Positions 9,639 to 19,674 of a stretch of 33,999 nucleotides of DNA are shown one piece after another. Source of the DNA: Clostridiaceae bacterium (GTDB lineage: Bacteria; Bacillota; Clostridia; Oscillospirales; Acutalibacteraceae); assembly GCA_016295895.1 (NCBI GenBank), contig JAEDKI010000001.1:1-33999 (forward strand). The letters run 5' to 3'. The position numbers were made by a program, and so were the translations under genes. Within the stretch, counting starts at the first letter, position 1; each line of letters begins with the position of its first letter. Under the pieces are notes generated by a model. The model was not told the origin of the DNA, did no database searches, and saw only the letters and a program-made list of their open reading frames with translations.

Positions 9639-9681
9639 GTTACACAAAAGGATGTATTTTTGCTTGAAGGGAAGCGAAACA

Positions 9682-11214
9682 ATGAGAGAAAAAATTCTTG
9701 TTCTCGATTTCGGCGGTCAATACAATCAGCTCATTGCTCGCAGGGTGCGTGACCTGTGTGTTTATGCGGAAATTAAGAGCTATAAAACGCCGATTGATGA
9801 GATTAAAGCGCAGAATTACAAAGGCATTATCTTTACGGGCGGGCCGAACAGCGTTTATGACCCCAATTCCCCCACTTATTCAAAAGAAATTCTTGAAATC
9901 GGTGTTCCCGTTCTCGGAATTTGCTACGGCGCTCAGCTTATGGCTCATCTTGCCGGCGGAAAGGTCAACGCCAACGCAGGCGCAAGCGAATACGGAAAAA
10001 TTGAGCTTAATAAAAAAGGCGGTTCGCTTCTCAGCGGATTCCCCGAGAACAGCATTTGCTGGATGAGCCACAGAGACTATATTGAAGTTGTTCCCGAAGG
10101 CTTTACCGTTACAGGCGTTACTGCCGACTGCCCCTGCGCCGCAATGGAAAATCCCGTAAAGAGACTTTATGCGGTTCAGTTCCACCCCGAAGTCAATCAC
10201 ACGGAATACGGAACGGAAATATTCAAAAATTTCCTTTTTGACATTTGCGGCTGTAAAGGCGATTGGATAATGTCGGATTTTGTTGAAGAATCCATTAAAA
10301 AATACAGAGAAATGCTCGGTGACAAAAAGGTTCTCTGCGCTCTTTCGGGCGGAGTAGATTCCTCGGTCTGTGCCGCTCTTATGAGCAAGGCAATCGGCAA
10401 AAATCTCACCTGCATTTTCGTTGACCACGGCCTTATGAGAAAAAATGAAGGCGATATGGTCGAAAAAGAGTTTGCCGCCGCATTTGATTTCAATTTAATA
10501 AGAGTTAACTGCGAAGACAGATTCCTTTCAAAGCTCAGCGGAGTCAGCGAACCCGAGCGCAAGAGAAAGATTATCGGCGAAGAATTCATCAGAGTGTTTG
10601 AAGAAGAATCCAAAAAGCTCGGCAGAATGGATTATCTCATGCAGGGCACGATTTATCCCGATGTTATTGAAAGCGGAACGGGCGACGCCGCCGTTATCAA
10701 GAGCCATCACAATGTCGGCGGTCTGCCTGAAAATGTTGATTTTGACGGAATTATTGAGCCTTTGAGAAATCTTTTCAAGGATGAGGTCAGAAAAGTCGGT
10801 CTCGAGCTCGGCGTTCCCGAATTTCTGGTTTGGCGTCAACCGTTCCCCGGTCCGGGTCTTGCGGTCAGATGCCTTGGCGATATCACAAAAAATAAGCTCG
10901 AAATTCTCCGTGACGCAGACGCAATTTTCAGAGAAGAAATTGCAAACGCAGGGCTTGAACGCAGCATCAATCAATATTTTGCAGTTTTGACCGACACAAA
11001 GAGCGTCGGCGTTATGGGCGATTCAAGAACCTATGACCACCTGATTGCTCTCAGAGCGGTCACAACCGATGACTTTATGACTTGCGATTGGGCAAGGATT
11101 CCGTTTGAAGTTCTTGCTAAAGCTTCAAGCAGAATCACAAACGAGGTTAAGGGCGTTAACAGAGTAGTTTACGATATCACTCAGAAACCCCCTGCCACGG
11201 TTGAGTGGGAATAA
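9682..11214 (+). CDS. guaA: GMP synthase (glutamine-hydrolysing)
   Basis: [68 protein letters not shown]. Start moved to 9682 (AAGGGA RBS). Confidence 0.98.
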   Translation: MREKILVLDFGGQYNQLIARRVRDLCVYAEIKSYKTPIDEIKAQNYKGIIFTGGPNSVYDPNSPTYSKEILEIGVPVLGICYGAQLMAHLAGGKVNANAGASEYGKIELNKKGGSLLSGFPENSICWMSHRDYIEVVPEGFTVTGVTADCPCAAMENPVKRLYAVQFHPEVNHTEYGTEIFKNFLFDICGCKGDWIMSDFVEESIKKYREMLGDKKVLCALSGGVDSSVCAALMSKAIGKNLTCIFVDHGLMRKNEGDMVEKEFAAAFDFNLIRVNCEDRFLSKLSGVSEPERKRKIIGEEFIRVFEEESKKLGRMDYLMQGTIYPDVIESGTGDAAVIKSHHNVGGLPENVDFDGIIEPLRNLFKDEVRKVGLELGVPEFLVWRQPFPGPGLAVRCLGDITKNKLEILRDADAIFREEIANAGLERSINQYFAVLTDTKSVGVMGDSRTYDHLIALRAVTTDDFMTCDWARIPFEVLAKASSRITNEVKGVNRVVYDITQKPPATVEWE

Positions 11215-11224
11215 ATATGTTTTT

Positions 11225-11257
11225 TGCGGCTTGAATCTTCGATTTGAGCCGCATTTT
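11225..11257 (+). terminator. Intrinsic terminator after guaA
   Basis: TGCGGCTTGAATC-ttc-GATTTGAGCCGCA followed by TTTT. Confidence 0.75.
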
Positions 11258-11289
11258 AATTGGAATTAATCATCGATAATCACAGACTA

Positions 11290-11318
11290 TTGAAAATAAT
11301 CAGATATTCGTTTATAAT
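11290..11318 (+). promoter_or_regulatory. Putative sigma-A promoter of the two-component system
   Basis: TTGAAA (11290-11295), 17 nt, TATAAT (11313-11318); GGAGG before ATG 11364. Confidence 0.65.
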
Positions 11319-11363
11319 ATTCTGAGACAAGCAAAATTTCAATGAAGAAAATCGGAGGCAACC

Positions 11364-12038
11364 ATGTACAGACTGTTTATCGTTGAGGATGATCGGGGAA
11401 TTGCAGAGGCTATCAAGTCTCAAGCAGAAAAATGGGAACTTGAAGTCAGATGTGCTCAAAACTTTCGCAACATTCTTTCGGAGTTTTCGGAATTTGATCC
11501 TCACATAATTCTTCTGGATATATCACTCCCCTTTTTTAACGGCTATCATTGGTGCACCGAAATCAGAAATGTCTCGAAAGTGCCTATAATTTTCATTTCT
11601 TCCGCCTCGGACAATATGAATATCGTTATGGCTATGAACCTCGGGGCTGATGATTTTATTGCAAAGCCGTTTGATCAAAGCGTGTTGATGGCAAAAATCA
11701 ACGCTTTGCTTAGAAGAACCTATGATTTTTCATCTTCAGTTTCAGTTTTTGAGCACAGAAACGCTCTTTTAAATACAGCAGATAACACTCTGACATATTC
11801 CGGAGAAAAAATACCGCTGAGCAAGAACGAATTCAGAATTCTTTATATTCTTATGAGCAACAAAGGCAAGGTTGTCAGCCGTGAAAAAATAATGGAACAG
11901 CTTTGGGAAACCGACTGTTTTGTTGATGAAAATACACTCTCGGTAAATATAAACCGTCTCAGGAAAAAGCTCTGTTCATTCGGTCTTGAAGATTTTATTA
12001 CAACAAAATTCGGCGTTGGTTATATTATCGCCGATTAA
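11364..12038 (+). CDS. OmpR-family response regulator, BceR/GraR-like
   Basis: IVEDD, LLDISLPFFNGYHWC, GADDFIAKPF receiver; winged helix with FVDENTLSVNINRLRKKL and TKFGVGY. Confidence 0.93.
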   Translation: MYRLFIVEDDRGIAEAIKSQAEKWELEVRCAQNFRNILSEFSEFDPHIILLDISLPFFNGYHWCTEIRNVSKVPIIFISSASDNMNIVMAMNLGADDFIAKPFDQSVLMAKINALLRRTYDFSSSVSVFEHRNALLNTADNTLTYSGEKIPLSKNEFRILYILMSNKGKVVSREKIMEQLWETDCFVDENTLSVNINRLRKKLCSFGLEDFITTKFGVGYIIAD

Positions 12039-12053
12039 CGGAAGGTAATAAGC

Positions 12054-13043
12054 ATGAAACTGTTTTTGAAATATCTTAAACAGCATATTCCCGTAATAAC
12101 TGCGGGAATTTTGTTCTTCATAATTTTTATTATTTCATTTTATCTTTATCATTTGCCGCTTGAAGCAGTAATTTATCCGTTGGCTCTGTGCATGATTATC
12201 GGCTTAATAATTGTGCTGTATGATTTTTCGGAATGCAGAAAAAAGCATGAGATGCTTCAGAGCATAAAATGTCTGACGGATATTATTGCCGACTCTGTCT
12301 TGTTTGATAAAACAGTTGATGACGAAGATTATCAGCGTATAATTAATTTATTGGTTGATGAGCAAAACAGTTTTCGCACTAAAACCAATATCAGGCTTTC
12401 CGAAATGGTTGATTATTATACCGTTTGGGTTCATCAGATAAAAACTCCGATCGCTTCAATGCGGCTGAACCTGCAAAATGAGGATTCAGAGCTTACAAGA
12501 AAGCTTTCATCGGATCTTTTCAGAATTGAACAGTATGTTGACATGGTGCTGACCTTTTTGCGCCTTGATTCCGAAAGCACAGACTATGTTATCAAAGAAT
12601 ATGACCTTGATTCTATTGTTCGGCAGGCAGTCCGCAAATTTGCGGGAGATTTTATATCACGCAAGCTAAGCCTTGATTATGAACCTCTGAATGTCAAGGT
12701 TCTGACAGACGAAAAATGGCTGCTTTTTGTTGTTGAACAAATCCTCTCAAACGCTTTGAAATACACTTCAAGCGGCGGTATAACCATAACCCTTGAAAGC
12801 CCGAAGACTCTTTGCATCCGTGACACGGGCATAGGCATTGCCCCTGAAGATCTGCCGAGAATATTCGAAAAGGGTTATACGGGCTATAACGGAAGAACCG
12901 ATAAAAAAGCAAGCGGCATCGGGCTGTATCTTTGCAAACGCATTTGTTCAAACCTGAAGCATGGCATCTCCGCTGAATCAACCGTTGATGCAGGAACGAT
13001 TATAAGGCTCGATCTGAGCAGAAGAAAAATTGAATTTGAATGA
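12054..13043 (+). CDS. Intramembrane-sensing histidine kinase, BceS/GraS-like
   Basis: Two N-terminal TM helices with a very short loop; WVHQIKTP H-box, EQILSNALKY, DTGIGI, FEKGYTG, SGIGLY. Confidence 0.93.
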   Translation: MKLFLKYLKQHIPVITAGILFFIIFIISFYLYHLPLEAVIYPLALCMIIGLIIVLYDFSECRKKHEMLQSIKCLTDIIADSVLFDKTVDDEDYQRIINLLVDEQNSFRTKTNIRLSEMVDYYTVWVHQIKTPIASMRLNLQNEDSELTRKLSSDLFRIEQYVDMVLTFLRLDSESTDYVIKEYDLDSIVRQAVRKFAGDFISRKLSLDYEPLNVKVLTDEKWLLFVVEQILSNALKYTSSGGITITLESPKTLCIRDTGIGIAPEDLPRIFEKGYTGYNGRTDKKASGIGLYLCKRICSNLKHGISAESTVDAGTIIRLDLSRRKIEFE

Positions 13044-13045
13044 GA

Positions 13046-13084
13046 ATCTTACAATACTGTTAGATTTAGAGTGGGATTTGTAAG
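13046..13084 (+). promoter_or_regulatory. BceR-like response regulator binding site upstream of the ABC transporter
   Basis: ATC-TTACA-atac-TGTTA-GAT (13046-13065) fits the TNACA-N4-TGTAA pattern of Bce-type modules with one mismatch. A second half-site TGTAAG lies 21 bp further on (13079-13084), and an extended -10 TGtTAAAAT is at 13114-13122. Confidence 0.75.
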
Positions 13085-13154
13085 CCGATTCTATGGCGAT
13101 GCAAATCCCATTTTGTTAAAATATTAACAGAAATTCCAAAGGAGGATTTTTGTT

Positions 13155-13919
13155 ATGAGTTTATTGGAAGCGAACGGAGTTAAAAAAATTTATACAACCC
13201 GTTTCGGAGGCAACAAAGTTGAAGCGCTGAAAAATGTTACTTTCAGTCTTGATAAGGGCGAATATGCGGCGATAATGGGCGAATCGGGTTCCGGCAAAAC
13301 AACCCTGCTCAATATTCTCGCATCTCTTGACAAACCGACCGAGGGTTCGGTTTTGCTCGACGGTAACAATCTTTCAGACATTAAAGACTCTCAGATTGCG
13401 GCTTTCCGCCGTGATAACATCGGTTTTGTCTTTCAGGAGTTTAACCTGCTTGACACTTTTACGGTTGAAGATAACATTTATCTTCCGCTCGTTCTCGCAG
13501 GCAAAAACCACAAAGAAATGAACAGCCGACTTATGCCGATAGCTGAAAGGCTCGGTATTACTCAGTTACTCAAAAAATACCCTTATGAAATATCCGGTGG
13601 TCAAAAACAAAGAGCAGCAGTTGCAAGAGCATTAATAACAAACCCGAAGCTTATTTTTGCCGATGAACCGACAGGGGCTCTTGACTCCAAGGCAACAGAC
13701 GAGCTATTGTCGCTTTTTGAATTAATAAACGGATTCGGTCAGACAATTCTTATGGTTACCCACTCCGTTAAAGCGGCAAGCAAGGCAAAAAGAGTTCTGT
13801 TCATTAAAGACGGTGAAGTGTTTCATCAGATATACAAAGGCGGGCGAACCGATGAACAGTTTTATCAGATGATTTCGGATGCTCTCACAATGATGGCAAC
13901 GGGCGGTGAAGAAAAATGA
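13155..13919 (+). CDS. ABC transporter ATP-binding protein, BceA-like
   Basis: GESGSGKT Walker A, ISGGQKQR signature, FADEPTGALDS, MVTH. Confidence 0.95.
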   Translation: MSLLEANGVKKIYTTRFGGNKVEALKNVTFSLDKGEYAAIMGESGSGKTTLLNILASLDKPTEGSVLLDGNNLSDIKDSQIAAFRRDNIGFVFQEFNLLDTFTVEDNIYLPLVLAGKNHKEMNSRLMPIAERLGITQLLKKYPYEISGGQKQRAAVARALITNPKLIFADEPTGALDSKATDELLSLFELINGFGQTILMVTHSVKAASKAKRVLFIKDGEVFHQIYKGGRTDEQFYQMISDALTMMATGGEEK

Positions 13920-15967
13920 GAGTCTCAATTTATCCGAAGCTTGCTTTTGAGGGAATCCGCAAAAACAAAAAGCTGTATTTTCCCTTTTTCGTCACCTGCA
14001 TTTCAATGATATCAATGCAGTATATCCTTTCGTTTCTTTCAGCCTCTCATGCCGTTTCTCAAATGAGAGGTTCAACGGAAATCAAAACCGTTCTTAATCT
14101 CGGATCAATCGTAATTGCAATCTTTTCTCTGATTTTTCTTTTTTATTCACATTCTTTTCTGATAAGAAGAAGAAACAAAGAATTCGGACTATATAATATT
14201 CTCGGAATGGATAAAAAGAATATCGGCATTATCATGGTTTGGGAAATGATAATGGTTACCGCTGTTTCACTGTTTTTCGGCATATTTTTCGGCGTTGCAT
14301 TCTCAAAGCTTGCTGAACTTGGGCTGATGAACATGATAAAAGCCGAAATTAATTATTCTTTCAGCATTGCTCCGAGCAGTATTATATACACAGCAGTTAT
14401 TTATTGTATAATATTTCTTCTCATATTAATTAAATCTTTAATTCAAATCGGAAAAACAAACCCCACTGAGCTATTCAAGAGCGAGAGCGTCGGAGAAAAA
14501 CCTCCAAAAGCAAATTGGGCGCTCGGAATCGGAGGTGTTATCATTCTTGCAGTTGCATATGCCGTTGCACTTTCAATAAAAAGGCCTTTGACTGCATTTA
14601 CATTGTTTTTCTTTGCCGTTATTGCTGTTATTGTTGCAACTTATTTGATTTTTATAGCAGGCTCTGTATTGCTTTGTATGGTTCTTCAGAAGAATAAAAA
14701 TTATTATTATAAAACCAATCATTTCGTTTCTGTTTCATCCATGATTTATAGAATGAAAAGAAACGGTGCGGGGCTTGCTTCAATTTGTATCCTTCTTACA
14801 ATGGTTATCGTTATGATTTCATCAACGGCCTGTTTATATTTCGGCGCAGAGGACTCTCTCAAAACCCGCTATCCGAGAAATATATATACCGAAATCAACT
14901 CGATGCATGATAACACCAACGAAACGCTTAACGAATTAAGCGATGAAAACATTGATATTTTAAGAGAAAATATTGAAAGAATCATTTCAGAGAGCAAAAT
15001 AACCGCCGGCAATATCAGCGATTACAGATACGCCGCAATCGCAGGAACGCTCAACGGCGGAACGGTTCAGCACGATTCGAAAACAATAAACGCATTTTCA
15101 TATGATTCACTTCATAACATTTGCTTTATCCCCCTTGCCGACTACAACCGAATGATGGGAACAAATGAAAAGCTCGGAGAAAATCAGGTTTTGATTTATT
15201 CCTCAAGATCAGAATTCAAGGAAGACACTCTGACCATTTCCGGAGTAAAATCCTTCAAGGTTAAAAAGGTTCTTTATGATTTCTTTGACGATGCAAGAAC
15301 GGCAATGGATATAGTTCCGACTGTTTTCGTTGTTGTTAACAGCTATGAAACCGACATAAAAGAGCTGATGTCTCTTTCGGATTACAACGGAGAAGCTATG
15401 CTCTATTTTCATTGGATTTACGGCTTTGATACCGACGCCAAGACAGAAACTCAAATTGAAACAGCTGATTTAATTCACGATATGCTCAAAGAATCATCAA
15501 CAAAGTTAGGAAACGGTTATTCTTTTTCGGTTGAATGCCGAGAAGAACAAAGAACGGATTTTTACGGAACTTTCGGCAGCTTATTCTTCCTTGGCATCGT
15601 TCTCAGCCTTATTTTCATTATTGCCGCAGTTTTAATCATATATTATAAACAAATTTCGGAGGGATATGAAGACAAACCACGCTTTGAAATAATGCAAAAA
15701 GTCGGAATGACTAAAACAGATATCAAAAAGAGCATCAATTCTCAGATGCTGACGGTTTTCCTGTTCCCTCTTATTGTTTCAGTTATTCATTATTGCTTTG
15801 CATTCCCGATAATCTGCAAGCTGTTGACATTATTCAACATGTATAACACTACATTATTTATAATAACCTCCGCAATCAGCATAGCCGCTATTGCCCTTCT
15901 ATATATGTTTGTTTATAAGATAACATCAAGAATTTATTATTCAATTGTAAGCGGTCAAAACAAATAA
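13916..15967 (+). CDS. ABC transporter permease, BceB-like (FtsX domain, large extracellular loop)
   Basis: RRRNKEFGLYNILGM, about 10 TM segments, a large loop of roughly 240 aa, IIYYKQISEGYED; ATGA overlap with the ATPase gene. Confidence 0.93.
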   Translation: MRVSIYPKLAFEGIRKNKKLYFPFFVTCISMISMQYILSFLSASHAVSQMRGSTEIKTVLNLGSIVIAIFSLIFLFYSHSFLIRRRNKEFGLYNILGMDKKNIGIIMVWEMIMVTAVSLFFGIFFGVAFSKLAELGLMNMIKAEINYSFSIAPSSIIYTAVIYCIIFLLILIKSLIQIGKTNPTELFKSESVGEKPPKANWALGIGGVIILAVAYAVALSIKRPLTAFTLFFFAVIAVIVATYLIFIAGSVLLCMVLQKNKNYYYKTNHFVSVSSMIYRMKRNGAGLASICILLTMVIVMISSTACLYFGAEDSLKTRYPRNIYTEINSMHDNTNETLNELSDENIDILRENIERIISESKITAGNISDYRYAAIAGTLNGGTVQHDSKTINAFSYDSLHNICFIPLADYNRMMGTNEKLGENQVLIYSSRSEFKEDTLTISGVKSFKVKKVLYDFFDDARTAMDIVPTVFVVVNSYETDIKELMSLSDYNGEAMLYFHWIYGFDTDAKTETQIETADLIHDMLKESSTKLGNGYSFSVECREEQRTDFYGTFGSLFFLGIVLSLIFIIAAVLIIYYKQISEGYEDKPRFEIMQKVGMTKTDIKKSINSQMLTVFLFPLIVSVIHYCFAFPIICKLLTLFNMYNTTLFIITSAISIAAIALLYMFVYKITSRIYYSIVSGQNK

Positions 15968-16014
15968 AAAATGCCGCACGGTTAAGCTATAATTGCTTTT
16001 GCCGTGCGGCGTTT
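15966..16014. terminator. Bidirectional terminator between convergent permease and GH31 genes
   Basis: GCCGCACGG...CCGTGCGGC stem, with an A run on the left and GTTT on the right. Confidence 0.8.
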
Positions 16015-16016
16015 GC

Positions 16017-18401
16017 TTATTCTTCTTCAAGCTTTTCGGTCAATAAAGACTTTACCGAATGAGAAAGAAAAGATTTTTTGATTCTATTTGAATATTCCTG
16101 CTTATCGTTCAATTTTTTAAAAGGAAGATATTTTAATGTTTTCAGAATATTATTGCCCTGCAAGCGGGAGAAAACTTCAATAATCTTCTCTTTTTTATCG
16201 GCAGATTTTCGTCTGTAAGCATTTTTAATAACAATATTTGCCGAATTCTGCGCCGTAAAATCCATAACGGTCAAGCAGGCGTTTCCCGATTCGTCGGTGA
16301 ATAAATCATATCCGTCACATTCGGCTTTTTCAGGCTCAATATCCTTGAAAACAAATGTAATATTTCTTTTCTCGGGAATAACCGCAGTGTCTCCGACAGG
16401 TTGAGAAACCGAAACCGTCAATAAAGCCTTTCCTTCATCAAATTTGACAGAAAGATTTGTTACGGCATTATGCAAGTCATAATCTGTCTTTCCGTTATCT
16501 TCATAAAGAGAAAAACTGCCGTTACCTGAAAAAACAAGGATTTTCAGCTCTTTCGGGTTATTAACGCCGTTACCCTTGTCAGCCGAAAGAGGGATAATTG
16601 CGCCCTCTTTTGCAAGAACGGGTATGCTTTCAATCTCTCTGTTCAGCTCAAGTGTTTTACTGCCGATATATACCTCGCCCGTGAAAATATCTGTCCATCT
16701 GCCCTCGGGAATCCATGCTTTGACAGAACCGAATCCCGTTTTTTTGTCGTTTTTTGAAGTTATCGGGCAAACCATAAGTTCACTTCCGAACATATATTGA
16801 TTCGGAACGGAATATGCTTCCTTTTTGTCGGGATATGTATAATACATAGGCTCGCAAAGTGCAATCCCCTGCTTATGGGTTCTGTAATCCATGGTATAAA
16901 TATACGGAATCAATGAATGTCGCAGGCGAAGATATTTCTTTGCGGATTCGCAAATATCTTTTCTGTATTTCCACGGTTCTTTGCCGAGAAGGTCGTTTGC
17001 GGTTGAATGAAGCCTCAGAACAGGGCTGAAGGTCGCAAACTCAATCCAGCGAAGATAAAGCTCGTCATCTCTGATGCCGCCCATATGACCGCCGATATCA
17101 TGGCTCCACCAGGTGTAAGCGGCATTGGCGGCATTTGCGGTAAAATAAGGCTGAAAATCAAGCGTTTTCCAACTTATGTTTGTATCTCCCGAGAATCCGA
17201 GAGGATAACGGTGACTGCCCATGCCGCTGTATCTCGAAAGAATCAAAGGCATTCTGCCGTCCTCTCCGTTATCAAGAAAATGATAATGATTAAGAGGAAT
17301 CAGCGGGTCAAGACCGTCAACATCGCATTTTTTGCCCTGTTGCCAATCAATCCACCAAAAATCAACACCCTCACGCTCATAAGGCTTATGAAGCACATCA
17401 AAATAAGCGTTCCAGAATTTATCCGAACCGCAGACAAAAGGAATATCAGCTTTGCTTTCGGGGTCAATATCCATTGCTTTTGCCATTTCTTTATATTGGG
17501 TTTCAAAGAATCTCACGCCGTCGGCAGGATGAAGATTCAAAGTTATATGCAGGTTTTCTTCTTTGAGAGTTTTAAGGAATTTTTTGTAATCGGGGAACAG
17601 ATCGGTATCCCACGAATAACCCGTCCAGCCGCCTGTAATGGGATAAGATGAACCTATTCTGCTCTTATAATGAGTTCCGAACTGTTTATTCAGATCCGTC
17701 CAATGCCAATCCATATCAACGGTTGCAACGGTCAAGGGGATGTTTTCTCTCTTGAAACGAAGCATTAAATCAACATATTCCTTCTGGGTATATCGGTGAT
17801 ATCTGCTCCACCAGACGCCGAGGGCATATCTCGGAATCAACGGGGTACTTCCGCTGATTTTATAAAAATCGCAGATTGTCCGGCGGTAATCCTTCCCGTA
17901 GGCAAAAACATATAAATCTTTTCCGCCATTCTGACGAGCAACAAACTCACCGTTCCCGTTTATCAGAAAACTTTTGCTGTCATCAAGAACATAAACGCCG
18001 TTTTCGGTTATCAAGCCGTCATCAAGCTTCACTTTTCCGTTTGTCATATCAAGCGTTCTGCGTGTACCTTTTAGATTCTTTTCTTTTTTGCAGAATACCG
18101 TCTTTCCGTCTTTAATAAAACGAACGGAGAGAGGGCTGAGACTTTTTTTGATAACGGTAAGGTGAATATCCGATGTAGTAACAAAAATTTTACCGTTTTT
18201 TTCGGTTACCTCAAAATCAACGGGTTCAAATTTTCTGAACCAAACAGTCTGACTGGGTAAATCGGTATATTTTCCCTTTACCGACTGCTCAAGACGAATT
18301 AAGCGGGAAGTTAAAACCGATACTCTGTAACAGTCACCGAGGAATATTTGTTTTGAATCGGAAACGGAATCAGTTTTTGCCATCAAAGATTTTTTAAGCA
18401 T
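16017..18401 (-). CDS. Glycoside hydrolase family 31 (GH31_u1-like alpha-glucosidase), cytoplasmic
   Basis: PRYALGVWWSRY, DMDWH, LNLHPADG, nucleophile motif WWIDWQQ, HRYPLGFSGDT, WSHDIGGH, FSPVLRLHS. ATG 18401 preferred over GTG 18410 on RBS spacing. Confidence 0.92.
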   Translation of the reverse strand: MLKKSLMAKTDSVSDSKQIFLGDCYRVSVLTSRLIRLEQSVKGKYTDLPSQTVWFRKFEPVDFEVTEKNGKIFVTTSDIHLTVIKKSLSPLSVRFIKDGKTVFCKKEKNLKGTRRTLDMTNGKVKLDDGLITENGVYVLDDSKSFLINGNGEFVARQNGGKDLYVFAYGKDYRRTICDFYKISGSTPLIPRYALGVWWSRYHRYTQKEYVDLMLRFKRENIPLTVATVDMDWHWTDLNKQFGTHYKSRIGSSYPITGGWTGYSWDTDLFPDYKKFLKTLKEENLHITLNLHPADGVRFFETQYKEMAKAMDIDPESKADIPFVCGSDKFWNAYFDVLHKPYEREGVDFWWIDWQQGKKCDVDGLDPLIPLNHYHFLDNGEDGRMPLILSRYSGMGSHRYPLGFSGDTNISWKTLDFQPYFTANAANAAYTWWSHDIGGHMGGIRDDELYLRWIEFATFSPVLRLHSTANDLLGKEPWKYRKDICESAKKYLRLRHSLIPYIYTMDYRTHKQGIALCEPMYYTYPDKKEAYSVPNQYMFGSELMVCPITSKNDKKTGFGSVKAWIPEGRWTDIFTGEVYIGSKTLELNREIESIPVLAKEGAIIPLSADKGNGVNNPKELKILVFSGNGSFSLYEDNGKTDYDLHNAVTNLSVKFDEGKALLTVSVSQPVGDTAVIPEKRNITFVFKDIEPEKAECDGYDLFTDESGNACLTVMDFTAQNSANIVIKNAYRRKSADKKEKIIEVFSRLQGNNILKTLKYLPFKKLNDKQEYSNRIKKSFLSHSVKSLLTEKLEEE

Positions 18402-18443
18402 TTTCGCCACCCTCTCGGAATAGAAATAATATCCGTTGATTTT

Positions 18444-18472
18444 ATTATATTTTATTGAAACCGTCTTGTCAA
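18444..18472 (-). promoter_or_regulatory. Consensus sigma-A promoter of the GH31 gene
   Basis: Minus strand TTGACA (18472-18467), 17 nt, TATAAT (18449-18444). Confidence 0.85.
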
Positions 18473-18547
18473 ATCAATAAAATGAAAATCGCAATTTTCC
18501 ATTGACTTTTTATCTGAAATGATATAAATTATATAATAACAACAGAT

Positions 18548-18621
18548 GCGGACATAGTTCATCGGTAGAACTTCGGCTTCCCAAGCCGATAAGGCGGGTT
18601 CGACTCCCGTTGTCCGCTCCA
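18548..18621 (+). tRNA. tRNA-Gly (anticodon CCC)
   Basis: Acceptor stem GCGGACA/TGTCCGC; D arm GTTC/GAAC; anticodon stem TCGGC/GCCGA with loop TTCCCAA; T arm GCGGG-TTCGACT-CCCGT; discriminator U and encoded CCA; 74 nt. Confidence 0.97.
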
Positions 18622-18626
18622 TTTCT

Positions 18627-18656
18627 GACCTTTTGCATTTTTGCAGAAGGTCTTTT
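18627..18656 (+). terminator. Intrinsic terminator after the tRNA
   Basis: GACCTTTTGCA-tttt-TGCAGAAGGTC followed by TTTT. Confidence 0.8.
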
Positions 18657-18723
18657 ATATTCTTTGCTCAAGGCATAAGTAACAAATCATCTTATAATAA
18701 TGCAAAAATTTTATTCAAAATGC

Positions 18724-18752
18724 TTGACTTTAACTGATATTAGTCTTACAAT
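18724..18752 (+). promoter_or_regulatory. Putative sigma-A promoter of the secreted hypothetical protein
   Basis: TTGACT (18724-18729), 17 nt, TACAAT (18747-18752); AAGGAGG RBS before ATG 18775. Confidence 0.7.
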
Positions 18753-18774
18753 AAAGACAAAGGAGGCTGATAAC

Positions 18775-19632
18775 ATGAAAAAAATAATCAGCATTATTTT
18801 GGCAGCAATTCTCACCCTTTCCGTATTCTGTGTCAGCTCATTTGCCGCTGATACCAAAACCGGAGCTCTGCTCAATCAGCTCGTTGAAACAAAATCAATA
18901 AGCGTTGACCTTTCAGACGAGAATTTTAAGGGCAGCGGTCTTGATATTTCAGGCATTAAAGCATCGGCAAAAATTTATGACAAAGATGACGGAACCCGTT
19001 ATGTTAAAGCTGTTGTATCAGGAAAGCTAAAAGGAATCGATTTCAAGCTTTATGTCAACGAAGAAAATGTTAAGGTTTACATTCCTCTCTTAAGAATCTG
19101 CCTTAATATCAGCGAGTTTTTTGATGTTAACTCTCTTATCAATGAGTATCTTGAAGAATTAGATACATATCTTTCCTTGGCGGAATCGGATTATGCGGAT
19201 TATATCAAGCTTGCTTCAGCAGGAGAAAAAGATGTTGAAGGCTACGGAACGGTTTATGTTGAAACCTTTGTTCCCGACATAAGAGCATTGGCAGAAAAAG
19301 CAGTTGCCGAAGGTAGTCTTCAGCTCCCTGAGGGTGAAAGCATTGAAAATATGACAGAAGAGGAAATCATAGAATATCTTACTTCTGCCGCCCCAGACCT
19401 TGTTGCCGCTGCAGGTTCAAGCATTGATTTCTATTACAGAGACGATAAGCTTGTTGGCTTTAAGGGCACTATTGTTGATGAAAACGGCGAAGTGAAAACT
19501 GTTGACTCTTCAAGCGAAATCAAAATCAATTCTATTACTTCAGGCGTTGATGACAAAGTATTTAAAGCCCCCTCGTTATATATTGATATAACCGGATTCG
19601 TAAAGCTTATTCTCAGATTTATTGCCGATTAA
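18775..19632 (+). CDS. Secreted hypothetical protein (285 aa)
   Basis: AAGGAGG RBS and signal peptide MKKIISIILAAILTLSVFCVSSFA; own promoter and terminator. Start corrected from 18700. Confidence 0.85.
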   Translation: MKKIISIILAAILTLSVFCVSSFAADTKTGALLNQLVETKSISVDLSDENFKGSGLDISGIKASAKIYDKDDGTRYVKAVVSGKLKGIDFKLYVNEENVKVYIPLLRICLNISEFFDVNSLINEYLEELDTYLSLAESDYADYIKLASAGEKDVEGYGTVYVETFVPDIRALAEKAVAEGSLQLPEGESIENMTEEEIIEYLTSAAPDLVAAAGSSIDFYYRDDKLVGFKGTIVDENGEVKTVDSSSEIKINSITSGVDDKVFKAPSLYIDITGFVKLILRFIAD

Positions 19633-19644
19633 AATAATAATTTT

Positions 19645-19674
19645 GCCGCAGTCTTTCGGGACTGCGGCTTTTTT
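19645..19674. terminator. Terminator between the secreted protein and the convergent helicase
   Basis: GCCGCAGTC-tttcgg-GACTGCGGC followed by T6 on the plus strand. Confidence 0.85.

Noticed and set aside
9546..9681. Purine riboswitch upstream of guaA
   Set aside because: The predicted leader is only about 35-40 nt and lacks the purine aptamer signature.
11190..11363. guaA 3' end as an integration hotspot for ICEs or islands
   Set aside because: No integrase follows; a terminator and the two-component system come directly after, and I saw no duplicated guaA end in the window.
17007..17651. 214-aa plus-strand ORF inside GH31, and similar nested ORFs such as 9880-10428 and 30264-30743
   Set aside because: Each lies antisense to a well-supported gene and shows no recognisable motif.
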